A DNA stretch of 64,000 bases, from positions 248,001-312,000 of the forward strand of contig CDRNST010000125.1 in NCBI GenBank assembly GCA_977016875.1, given 5' to 3'. Position 1 is the stretch's first letter. Every line of letters starts with the position of its first letter. This DNA comes from Pavona decussata (taxonomy: Eukaryota). Of the stretch, positions 25,101 to 33,900 are shown in pieces. Both the position numbers and the translations under genes were made by a program. Below the pieces are notes generated by a model that did no database searches, had not been told where the DNA came from, and saw nothing but the letters and a program-made list of their open reading frames with translations.

Positions 25101-25348
25101 CTTGTCGGCGTGCAAATCGGAAGAACGTAGTAGTTGTCAAGAATGACCCCATCAGAAGCAAGCTTATCAATGTTCGGCGTTTGGATTTTTGAGCCGTGAA
25201 ATCCAACATCAGCCCAACCAAGGTCGTCCGCCAGTATAAACAAAATGTGCGGAGGTTTGCTAGCTCCATTGGCCCAAGCGACAGAGAAATACACTGCAAA
25301 TAAACTACACAGAAGAGACACTGCGCAAAGCACGTTCGAGCGCGCCAT
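6924..25348 (-). CDS. ARSB: Arylsulfatase B-like sulfatase (ARSB/ARSI/ARSJ group), 7 exons, 500 aa
   Basis: Exons 25063-25348, 22614-22700, 20901-21112, 11595-11806, 10214-10434, 7895-8157, 6924-7145 have GT-AG ends and matching phases, summing to 1503 nt. Signal peptide, [13 protein letters not shown], formylglycine motif [48 protein letters not shown]. Exact orthology (B vs I/J) is not resolved. Confidence 0.92.
7895..8157 (-). CDS. ARSB: Arylsulfatase exon 6
   Basis: [26 protein letters not shown]. Confidence 0.9.
8320..9724. mobile_element. Non-autonomous long-TIR element (MULE-like)
   Basis: About 180-200-bp inverted arms (8320-8500 vs 9525-9724); flanks GACTTTGCT/AACTTTGCT (8/9 match). 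Confidence 0.75.
10214..10434 (-). CDS. ARSB: Arylsulfatase exon 5
   Basis: FSTDNGG...LWEGGVRG...HVTDWFPTL. Confidence 0.92.
10721..10942. mobile_element. 222-bp MITE with 9-bp TSD (AcademH-like termini)
   Basis: CAATCTTGTACCCAGAGTCCTC...GAGGACTCTGGATACGAGATTG; TSD GATATTGTC on both sides. Confidence 0.85.
11371..11560. mobile_element. MITE
   Basis: TGTGCAGGACCAGAAAATATCCAT...ATGGATTTTTTTATGGCACTGCACA. Confidence 0.5.
11595..11806 (-). CDS. ARSB: Arylsulfatase exon 4
   Basis: [18 protein letters not shown]...MDEAVGNIT; AG/GT ends. Confidence 0.92.
12883..13182 (+). repeat. Ngaro repeat A1
   Basis: Matches 20184-20486 with 2 substitutions and one 3-bp indel. Confidence 0.95.
13791..14255 (+). 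pseudogene. Decayed RecQ-like DEAH helicase fragment
   Basis: Frameshifted segments [14 protein letters not shown] (motif I), [16 protein letters not shown] (Ia), [13 protein letters not shown] (II; DEAH at 14229-14240). Confidence 0.75.
14503..14738. repeat. Small inverted-repeat element inside the AcademH-like insertion
   Basis: TTATTACACCTATTTT ... AAAATGGGTGTAATAA (15/16 inverted match). Confidence 0.55.
17313..18989 (+). CDS. Reverse transcriptase / RNase H of the Ngaro element
   Basis: [31 protein letters not shown]; RNase H SDA, ELF, DN, ADALSR; start codon uncertain. Confidence 0.95.
   Translation: MAVPSSDSTGLSGSLVPVHSFSPLVPVHLVSPLQLSQFQAELCDYPDQTAADYVLTGLREGFHIGFETSSVTLRSASSNMRSALVHPSVIDAYLETEVSHGRVAGPFTSPPFPDLHISRFGVIPKSNQPGKWRLILDLSSPEGHSVNDGIPKPPFSVQYVTVDSFIEGIMARGRGTLMAKFDVASAYRNVAIHPQDRPLLGMVWRGKYYVDMALPFGLRSAPYIFTAIADLVQWMLTQNYGVDFLRHYLDDFLTLGPPASPVCYNNLQACIQLCSKIGLPLHPEKLEGPSTCLSILGIELDSTTMQARLPAEKRERIIALLGTWSGKRFCKRRELESLIGHLHHACKIAPQGRTFLRRMINLLCTFRRDDHPIRLNQEFHRDLTWWQELFQSWEGLSFFLMPSWAPLPDFQVSSDAAGSLGYGAIFNNQWFFGAWSASQQPLSIAYKELFPIVVAAYSWGPWWASRRVEFLCDNESVVAVLSSGTSRDPDLMVLLRYLALLAVRHSFSFTASSIRGKSNPVADALSRFQFQRFRHLAPQAEQSPMTVPPALLEALHVM
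18986..19927 (+). CDS. Tyrosine recombinase of the Ngaro element
   Basis: [34 protein letters not shown] catalytic signature; start codon uncertain. Confidence 0.95.
   Translation: MTERCQFFLYQGLAPSTRRVYLSVQRRYFDFCRQDGQLSPDSALLPADEQSLMRFASFLADSLHHSSIKVYLSAVRSLHIDNGLPDPLINCLQLQRLLRGIKRVQGSSTTKRLPITIDLLKVIQRSLDLNSRDHVMLWAACCLGFFGFLRAGEFTTNSSFDPSIHLTVGDVQADSLVDPTCFKVHIKCSKTDPFRVGCDIYVGRGNSLVCPVLALGNFLALRGPSPGPLFCYADGRPLTRQQLSSTVQAILHSAGYSGSYSGHSFRIGAATTAAARGIPDHLIKTLGRWSSDAYQLYIRTPVGSLTQVSSELA
20060..20187 (+). repeat. Ngaro repeat B1
   Basis: 128 bp identical to 20633-20760. Confidence 0.95.
20184..20486 (+). repeat. Ngaro repeat A2
   Basis: Direct copy of A1. Confidence 0.95.
20633..20760 (+). 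repeat. Ngaro repeat B2
   Basis: 128 bp identical to B1. Confidence 0.95.
20901..21112 (-). CDS. ARSB: Arylsulfatase exon 3
   Basis: [27 protein letters not shown]; AG/GT ends. Confidence 0.92.
21418..21948. mobile_element. MITE with TTAA TSD and AG...CT termini (Kolobok-like)
   Basis: TTAA|AGTGCCTATGAAGCGAAAA...TTTTCGCTTCTTAGGCACT|TTAA. Confidence 0.8.
22614..22700 (-). CDS. ARSB: Arylsulfatase exon 2
   Basis: Not in the ORF track. CAG acceptor, [35 protein letters not shown] donor; phase 1/1. Confidence 0.9.
22960..23270. repeat. Interspersed repeat; paralogous copy at ~21270-21417 + 21953-22035
   Basis: Shared GCATGCTCTGATTGGCTAAG...ATTATGCAAATTAG...AAAGCCATATAATA...AAACAACTTAATA...GGGAAAATCTCAAA. 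Confidence 0.75.
25063..25348 (-). CDS. ARSB: Arylsulfatase exon 1 (signal peptide, CTPTR active site)
   Basis: ORF 25034..25348; donor CACTG|GTGAG. Confidence 0.93.
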
Positions 25349-25682
25349 GTTAATGTTGAAACTGACAAGTGATCGGTGAGAAGTCTGGGTACCAGTGATC
25401 CCAGGGTTTTAGGATGGTCACGCGATCTTTTGGGAGTCACGCTCAATCACGCAATCGTTCTGTTTCGTCGTTTTCTTTTCAATCTAGCCAACAAAAACAG
25501 TTTTACCCGATACAACAAAAAAAAAAAACACACAACTCACTCACCAATCCGCAATGGTTGATAATCTAAAATGGTTTGAAACAAAATGGGCTAGCGATCT
25601 AAGGCGTTGGATTTGAGTACAAGTCTATTATTGGCGGGGGTCGACTCCCACTCTTGATCTTGACATGTCGCTTTTTCCTTAA

Positions 25683-25725
25683 AAAACAAACAAACAAACA
25701 ACAACAACAACAACAACAACAACAA
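25683..25725. repeat. (AAAC)n/(AAC)n microsatellite
   Basis: Direct reading. Confidence 0.85.
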
Positions 25726-26000
25726 AGTAATTTTGTTATCTTACCCTCAGTTGAACTGCAGAATCCAGAGCGGTTCACATGTGCGAACGGGTTATATCGG
25801 TGCTTCTTTTTAAACTAATTTTTATATATTTTTTTCCCTTCACCGTATATATTTTTATTCCTTTAGAAGACCGCCACCGTATGCGACAACAAATTTCAAA
25901 GCTTCTGGTAAGAGCCCCCGCTTCATTCTTACCAAATTAGGAAAACGGTTGCTGTGAGGTAAAGCAAAGCCGATGTGATGGCACAAACGCTCATAGCTGG

Positions 26001-26394
26001 AATAGACCCTTCTCCAAAATGGTGGCAACACATTTTAACGAGTTAAGATTGAACTGAATGAAAAACTGATACCAGCACTGGAAAGAGCACCTTTACTTTA
26101 GTAACCGTGCAAAGTTTCGGCCTGTTAGGTGTTATGTCAGCTTGGGAAATGTAAGATGAAATTTGACAAATTTACAGACGCTTGTATGACTGGGGGTATA
26201 CGTCATATCCCCAGTCATACAAACGTCTCTAACTTATTTATTTTTCAACTTACACTTTCTGAGCTGATATTACACCTGATATGCTGAAACTTTGAAGGAT
26301 TACTAAAGTAAAAGTGCTCTTTCTAGTGCTGGTATACGTTTTAAATTTTAACTTTTTTTGAATTTTCGTCTGCCATTTTGGAGAAGGCTCTATT
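26001..26394. mobile_element. Foldback MITE
   Basis: AATAGACCCTTCTCCAAAATGG...CCATTTTGGAGAAGGCTCTATT; arms largely complementary. Confidence 0.75.
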
Positions 26395-26512
26395 GAAGAG
26401 GGGTGATGAAAGGGCAGACAGGAGAGGGGTGGGAGAGAGAAATCATCCCAGTGAAGAGATTTTTCCTTTAAAACGGGCACAAAAGTCTGGCAGAAACTAG
26501 AATTCAAAAGCT

Positions 26513-26518
26513 TTTATT
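26513..26518 (-). terminator. Candidate poly(A) signal AATAAA of the giant gene
   Basis: AATAAA on the minus strand about 1.2 kb past the stop codon; other candidates exist. Confidence 0.35.
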
Positions 26519-26862
26519 GTTATGTCTTACAGCACATCAATATTAAAACATTAAGCTTTACATCTGCGATAATATGTGTAAAACTTGCACATGGCTTTTT
26601 GATTGTACTTTTAAATTTCTATTAGCTAATTTAAGCTACAATCAGACAATAATTAGACGCCCATGAGTCTTAATCAGTAGATGCCTGGATTTTGCAAATA
26701 CAGGCATCTACTGGTGGGCAAAAAACAGCAATCACACATTTTTGATAACAGGCCATTCTCGTGGAACTATTGCCTTGTTTTTAACTAAGTCTTAAGAACA
26801 AAACCTTTTCAGGTCAAAATGAACCTAAACAACAGGTAGAAAAAAAATCAGGAGAGGAAACC

Positions 26863-27109
26863 TTGGGTGCTTACCATTTAATTAGAAAACCCGAGGAAAA
26901 TCAAATGGCACGTATCATTCCATTTGGAATACTTCTGACATTATGGGCTTCTGGTCAAAGTGATGCCTTTTTATTACTCCTTTTGGGATTTACAGCTGAT
27001 GTTCATACATTTTGCATGTTATCCATCTTCTGTTATAAAAAGCTAAATCATTCCGTACTTATGCCGAAAATTTCCATCCGGGTGGCTTGCGTAACTGATA
27101 AGCACCCAA
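26863..27109. mobile_element. MITE
   Basis: TTGGGTGCTTA...TAAGCACCCAA. Confidence 0.5.
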
Positions 27110-27487
27110 AAAGTTCCACATCTGTCTCGTCTTGAAACAGAGGCTAAGCCGCGGATAATTCGAAGCGTACCTATACTTCACTGGTGACAATAAAATCTGG
27201 CCTCTTCAAAGAATTTTAATGTAAATTTTAAAACTGAGCTAACAACGCTGAATTTGTTAAACGTTAAAAAATAACTCTATCCTAGGAACAGAAGTTCCTT
27301 TCAAGCAAGAATTATCGGGATAAAAACGAAAATGCTTGGCTTAACGGCAAGCAGCCTTCTCCGCCTGCCTCGTGCGGTGGAAATCTCGGTGGATGTGTGT
27401 CATTGCTTCCTTCGCGCTTGAAAGAAAAGAGGTTCTGTTCTTAGTCCACCATTAATAGTACTACTTTGCTTGTTATCAATCGATTAA

Positions 27488-27695
27488 CCCTTTAAGCCCT
27501 GGCTAACAGTGATCAGCAGCAAATTTCTCCTTGTAATATCAATGCTTATTCAACCCCTGAGGTCACGAGAGTTAAGATTATTGTCACCCAAGGTGAATTG
27601 TCTTGATATGTTGATAACTTCTCTTGAGTACTTTTATGAGAAAAGTATGGAGACAAGATAGGAGAATTTTTTCTTACATATTAGGGGTTAAAGGG
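27488..27695. mobile_element. piggyBac-like MITE in the putative 3' UTR of the giant gene
   Basis: TTAA|CCCTTTAAGCCCT...AGGGGTTAAAGGG|TTAA. Confidence 0.75.
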
Positions 27696-27719
27696 TTAAG
27701 AGTTAAATCTTCAGGTCCG

Positions 27720-27864
27720 TTACTCGTCTTTTTCCGTCTCCGGTATGGCGGTATCCTCGGTGGTGGTGTTCTTAGTGATGGAAGCGCTTGGTTTGGAGGA
27801 AGAGAAGGTTCTCTCTCCTTCACTGTCTGTTGACTCGGGTGTGTCGCCGCTGTCAGCAAGATTT
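27720..27864 (-). CDS. Giant protein terminal exon
   Basis: TAG acceptor; NLADSGDTPES...ETEKDE*. Confidence 0.72.
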
Positions 27865-30800
27865 CTATAATGGGTAAAATGGGAAAAGTTAATAGACTGC
27901 CTTAAAATAAGTTTCAGTAAATGGGCCCACTATAGGAAACAGTTTGATAAAAAAAGAGAGATAATATCGAAATACTTTCAAAGAGGTTCCTCTGAGGTTC
28001 CTCTCAAAAGCTCTATTTCACCGGAACTTTACAACCCAACTGTAACTATAACTATAACTAAAAATATATAGCGCATTATCCATAAAAGGTTCTAATGCAC
28101 TTGACAGTGTACCTGCATTGGTTTTTAGCGCTCAGGGAACACTGTTGTGTTGTTTGTTCTTTTGACCTCTCGACCAACCATGCAAGACGTTACTAACGGT
28201 GCAGGTCTCCCCACAATGTTTATTGAATTCATTTTCTGCATGACCGTGTAATAACACGGGTCCGCAAGTTAAACGGTATGTTAAATTGGCCAGCAGACGC
28301 CCTTTCCGACTTTTGCTTCAAAAGCTAAATTCTTAAGGACGGTAGATCCTAATATAGACATATTTTTTCGCGGTTTACAGCTATGCGGGAAAAGCTGCAG
28401 ATCTTGGCAAGGGCTGTTGAAATTCAAAACTGAGAAAATTGAGGCCACCTCAGATTCCTTAGTGGATTCCAACATCCCTTGCTAAGATCTCCTTTTTTGG
28501 GGTAGTCATAAAACGCGCAAAATTTGTATTTGTAGGCCATAGTCCTTGAGAAGTCAGAGTTTCTTGAACCATCTCGAGATGCGCAGAACTTATGCTAGTA
28601 AAAAAGGAGGCAACGTCGTGAATTGATCGATCGAACCTCGCACTTCATGATCACTTTAAAGTATTACACTGTCTTGTGCGACGCAACAAATAGCACCGAG
28701 GAAATTACTGCTCAGTAGTTCCTTATTCAGTTGGATCGTCAGACGTTAGTCTGTAAAGTTAACACAGCAAACTACGCCTCAATCCGCCTCTCTCATTTGA
28801 ATGGCAACACATTGGACTCAAAAGTTAAAACTGCGTTTGTTCGGGATAGAAGGAAAAACAAACAGACAAACAAAAACAACCACGCGTGAAGGAAGTTCTT
28901 GTAGGGTAGCTTTCCTTCGATTAGTCACGCCTAAGCATTTTATCCAAAGATTACAAAGGTACTAAGACTACATTTTTTAATTGCATTTTGCACACCAAAC
29001 ATTTCGGGGGTCACCGACCGCATTTGAACCAAGAAAATAAGGAGAACAATCTGCTTACTTGCGTACCGGATAAGCTTTATTTAATTAAATATTTTTGCTT
29101 TTGTTTGTTGGTTTGTTTGTATTTTCCATTACCAGATCTCAGATGATATTCCTTACCGGAATTTCTTCGCCTTGGTTCTCCGACTTAGTTTCTTTCCCTT
29201 TGCACCCAAGCCGCCCTCCACGGAGCTCGCACCTTTGGAATCCGCGGAATGAGTTGCAGAGGGGGAATCCAACAGGCTTTCGTGCATTGGGTTCACAAAG
29301 CCCTCTTTCGGTTTAAAGGCTGCAAAGGAGGTTTCCGCCTCGGGTTCGTCCTCACTGCCTGCTGGAGTATCGCCCTTTTGACAACTGAGGCGATAAGACT
29401 CTTTGGACCTCATCCTCATCAGACCTAAAAATAATACAATTATTTTTATAACTGAAAAACAAATTAAATAATAGCATGATGTCTTGCGACACAAACGACA
29501 GAGCAGATGCGTCAAGTTCTGGAGGTGCCAGGTTGTTCAAAGAGGGGATAACTCTATCGAATGGATGAATCACTATCCAACGAATAAAGTGTACTCCAAC
29601 CAATACATTTTATCCGCTGGATAGCGACTTATCTGCTGGATAAAGGTATCCGCTCTTTGAACAACTGGAGCCAGGAATCAGCTGTTAAGGAAGAGCTCGC
29701 GATAGCCTAAGAGGAGATATGTATCGGTTTAAAGGGAAAAAGATAGCAACGACTGTGTAATGTTCAGCTCATTGAGCTATTGTACGACACAGAACCGGTT
29801 TTAGAGTCCAACTATACGGACACCCGATTTCAGTAGCTCTTCAAGTGTTGCCTCTCATTCTCATGGCCATTACACGCCATTCTTTTGTCTCTGGACACAT
29901 TGACTGTAGCTTTGTGTACTACGTGTGCGTGTAGCAATGTGACTTTGAGTGCAAACGTGTGTAGGTCAGCTGAGTTATACTTTCACTAAAGGACATTAAC
30001 AACATATGTTATGACTATGTCGTGCATGATGGAGTAGTTTTTGTTTTGCGAGATCCTCCAGTTATACCCGCTGCAAGACTGGTCTGGAGGAAGGGATCAT
30101 ACAAAGAATAGCAGGTGGTAGCAGGATAACTACCCACACCGTAAAACCAATCAGTTACCCAGACCCGTACATATACTTCAGCCCTTTCAATGAGTTGGCG
30201 GATGGAATGACCAGCGCTTGCCACTACAACTAAGGCATTGGTACACCAAAGAAGAATGACGCTAACCCTCGGATAACGCGCAGTATGCAACATTAACCGC
30301 TCAAGGGAACCATTAGGTTCGGATGTCGCCGCTCTCTAGGGTCCTGATGTAAGAGAAGGTTAAGCGTGTGAGGGGCTAAGCATATCTGTGACGTAACTGA
30401 GAGGAGTGGTGAGGGGAGTAAAGTAGCTCGGACTCCTTTTCCCTGGGGGTAGGGAGCTTAAAACTGCAAGTCATAGTGTCATCGCCAAACGGTAGGCCCC
30501 ACCTCAGAGTTATAATCAGTTTGAACACAGGGTGTTACCATATCGTAAATCGGTGTCTATGTCATAAATTGTGTACAAGTTACCTGTTAATCTCCGCTTG
30601 GTGCTTGTCCTCTTTGGTCCACGATCACTATCTTCATCCAGCAGTTCATCGTCACTTGCATAGCGGCCCATCTGATGGATATCGGGGGTGCCCAACTGAG
30701 ATGACAGGACCCTGAATTAATCGGACAAAAATGGAACTGATATTACCAAATATTACATAGAAAAGACACTGTCTGATTGGTCAAAAGCTGTGTTTTCTAA

Positions 30801-30907
30801 GTGTACCACGTGACGTACATCAAAGGTGCAGACAACGATATACTAATATCCAATTTATAATATACTAAACATTGGGGATTTCAATTTGTCGGTATCCTGA
30901 TTGATTG

Positions 30908-30943
<36 letters not shown>

Positions 30944-33900
30944 TTGTTTATTTATTTATTTGTTTGATCCGTTTCTTTCCTATAGACTTAAGGAACGCAT
31001 GTAAAATAGGCAGCCTTTCAGCCTCCTGTCACTTAGAAGTTTTCATCTATAGTCATGTTTAATTTAGATAATTTGTCTCTGATACAATGTTCGAGTGTGA
31101 GTCCCTGTAAAGCTGCTTGGGGTAGCTACGTCCACTTTTACTACAATCAACGCAGTTTACTTTACCAGTGCGTGTACTGTAAACTCACATCTGTGTAGCT
31201 TTGGGAACGGGGCGCAGCGTCTTAAGAGCGCCCGAGTCCAATCCACCTGTACTCGGCTGAATCTTCTCTCGTTTTGTGCTCATGGAGCTGCAGTATGGAA
31301 GCTCGATCTCATGAGTTCTATCTTCAATCCTACGAATGGAAAACATAGGTGATCACTGGAGATCAACAACTAAATTTCCCTAACAATAATATATAATTCA
31401 TTAAATAACTAATAATAATTACTTTGAATTGGATGTCAAACGTAACCTCATGCTTACGTTGATTTCATCTCAGTACGCTGCGTGCAGTGATTCGACCACT
31501 TGGAAGTAAAATATTCCCTGTGCTGCACACATTTTCTCGCGCTATTCACTTGTCACGTGCACTGTCTTCTAGTTCTTATTGGTTAAGTCAGACGTTCGCG
31601 ACTCACGGACAACAATATGAAATAAAATGTTCCCTTTCTTTGCTTTTTGTTGCTTTTTGTCATGCGACTGCGAAAAATTCTTGTTTTAGTTTTCGATGTA
31701 TTGCCAATGTACATACAACGACACCAAGAAGCGTCAAAAGCAGAACACGTACTGGTCACCACGAGCCACAAATGTCTTAACCTTCCCTTATTACTACCGG
31801 GGTGGTTACATTGGTTTGGTCTCATTCATTTTTTACAACATAATAATCAATCACTTCATTTAAGTGCCAATGTATTTAGCGCAGAGCACTAACAGGGGAC
31901 ACTTTCCAGATTGAATTGGAATTTAGAAGTGTTGTTTTTTTGAGGAGAGGGGAAAACCGGAGAACCCGGAGAAAAACCTCTCGGAGCAAGGACGAGAACC
32001 AACAACAAACTCAACCCAAATATGACGCCGAGTCCGGGAATCAAATCCGAGCCACATTGGTGGGAGGCGAGTGCTCTCACCACTGCGCCTTCCCTGCTCC
32101 TCCAAATTGATAAAATACAGTTTCTTTCATGGCTAATAAACAGTGTAAATTACCTTTCAGTTTTAATCTTCTTCCTTCGAACCCACCATAGAAGAACAAC
32201 AATTGCCAAAATCATCAGCAAAGCACTACATGCGCCAATAACAATCCATTTCCAGGTCTCCCCTTCCTCGTTTCCCGCAATCACAATCTTCGCTGTGGTT
32301 TGATCACGTGATGCTAGGACAGCCCCACCGGAAGTCTTGTCAAGCTGGATCCAGATCACGCTCTCTGGCGCCTCTTTGTTGTTGTTCTCAACGTTGATGA
32401 TGAAAGATTCGTTCCACTTGCCATCAGCTAGAGAGATTTTCCCGGATGCTGGCCACAGCAAGCTTGTGCTGTGCAGTGACTCGTTTTGATATAGGGACCA
32501 CTGAACTGTGATATCACCTTGAGAGCCTTTCGCTCGCCGAACTGGAATTTCCAGTTTAGTGACGTGTCTTGTTCGGGCAACTTTCACCACACCCTCTTTG
32601 TCGTACACTTTATTGAAAAAAAAAAATTATTCGTGTTAAATAATCAACGGACAAATTAAGTGACTCCAAAGGTCTTTTTACACCTTCGTCTTTTGATGCA
32701 CAAGGCGTGATAATACGCGATTTCAGCGCGATATTGCTGTACGTTCTCTGAGAAACTCTGCAAGTTTGTATCAAATTTCAAACATGTTCGAAAACCTCTG
32801 CGATATATCGCAGCGACAAATCGCGTTAAAATCGTTGCTAGATTACACAGGCCATTTAAACTGAACTGCAACTTGAGTGCGACAAAAGTTGCACAAAAAT
32901 CTCAAGTACAGTGTAACGGGTCTTTGCTTTAATTTCAGTGTTTAAATTATCTAAGGACGCAACACAAATAAAATGACTAAATGTCCGTTGAAATCTTTTA
33001 AGTACACGGAACATTAGCTAGGGGACTGGTGCTGCCACTGGAGCAACTATTTTGAGTTTCAAAAAGTGGTTTCGATGTACACGTTTTGGTAGAGAAAACG
33101 CACTTGTCTGGTAAATTACGGCCGCAAAACATGGGATACAGCGAGGTACAGGGATATCCGAGAAACAACCAAAATGTTTGTCAGGGACTCACTGGGCGAT
33201 TTGCTGCCCACTTTGGGGCGTTAGCCGGTATATACCTGCGTACGTGCCTTGCGTGTTGTGTTGTGTGCGTGTAAATCATATCTTACTAACCAAGTACGAG
33301 GTTAGTACTGTAAGTTAAGGACCGAGTTTTTCCCCCGTTGATTTATGGCCGTAAATCAAAGGGGGAAAAAGGATCCGTAACTCACAGTACGGACCGAGAA
33401 AACGAGGTTAGAAAGATATTTGTTCTATCTCTGAGATTAATCGGGCGTGCGGGAAAGGACACTTTCAAATTTAGCGGGCCGTATAGTGAAATACGGCCCG
33501 CAAAATTGACCAATTACATCGCGCGTACTGACTATGACATAAGCTGATGCGTTTCCGACCTTTCAAGTTAAATTATTTACATGTAAATCTGCCTCCCTAG
33601 TTCTTTAACTGTACCTTTGGTCTGTACCTTTAATTTCATGTATTTAAGTGCTATTTTATGTCAGTCTATTTTTTTAAAGCAAAGGTAACAATTAAGTGTT
33701 GTGTGTAAATGTAATACACTTACCTGAGTTGTTTTTGTCGAACAAGACCAGACCATGCTGAGCGTAGAATGACCAGAGGAAGGCAAACTGAGTCAGATGA
33801 CACACCTTGACTGTCAACAACTTGATTGACCGGTTCACGTGACTCCAGGGCTCCGCACAGGTGAGAGAGGCGTCGAACCTTAGCAAAGCAAATATGATAA

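Noticed and set aside
30010-30510. GC-richer intronic block resembling a LINE 5' UTR or ribozyme
   Set aside because: I could not build a convincing HDV, twister or hammerhead fold, and it is not needed for exon phase continuity.
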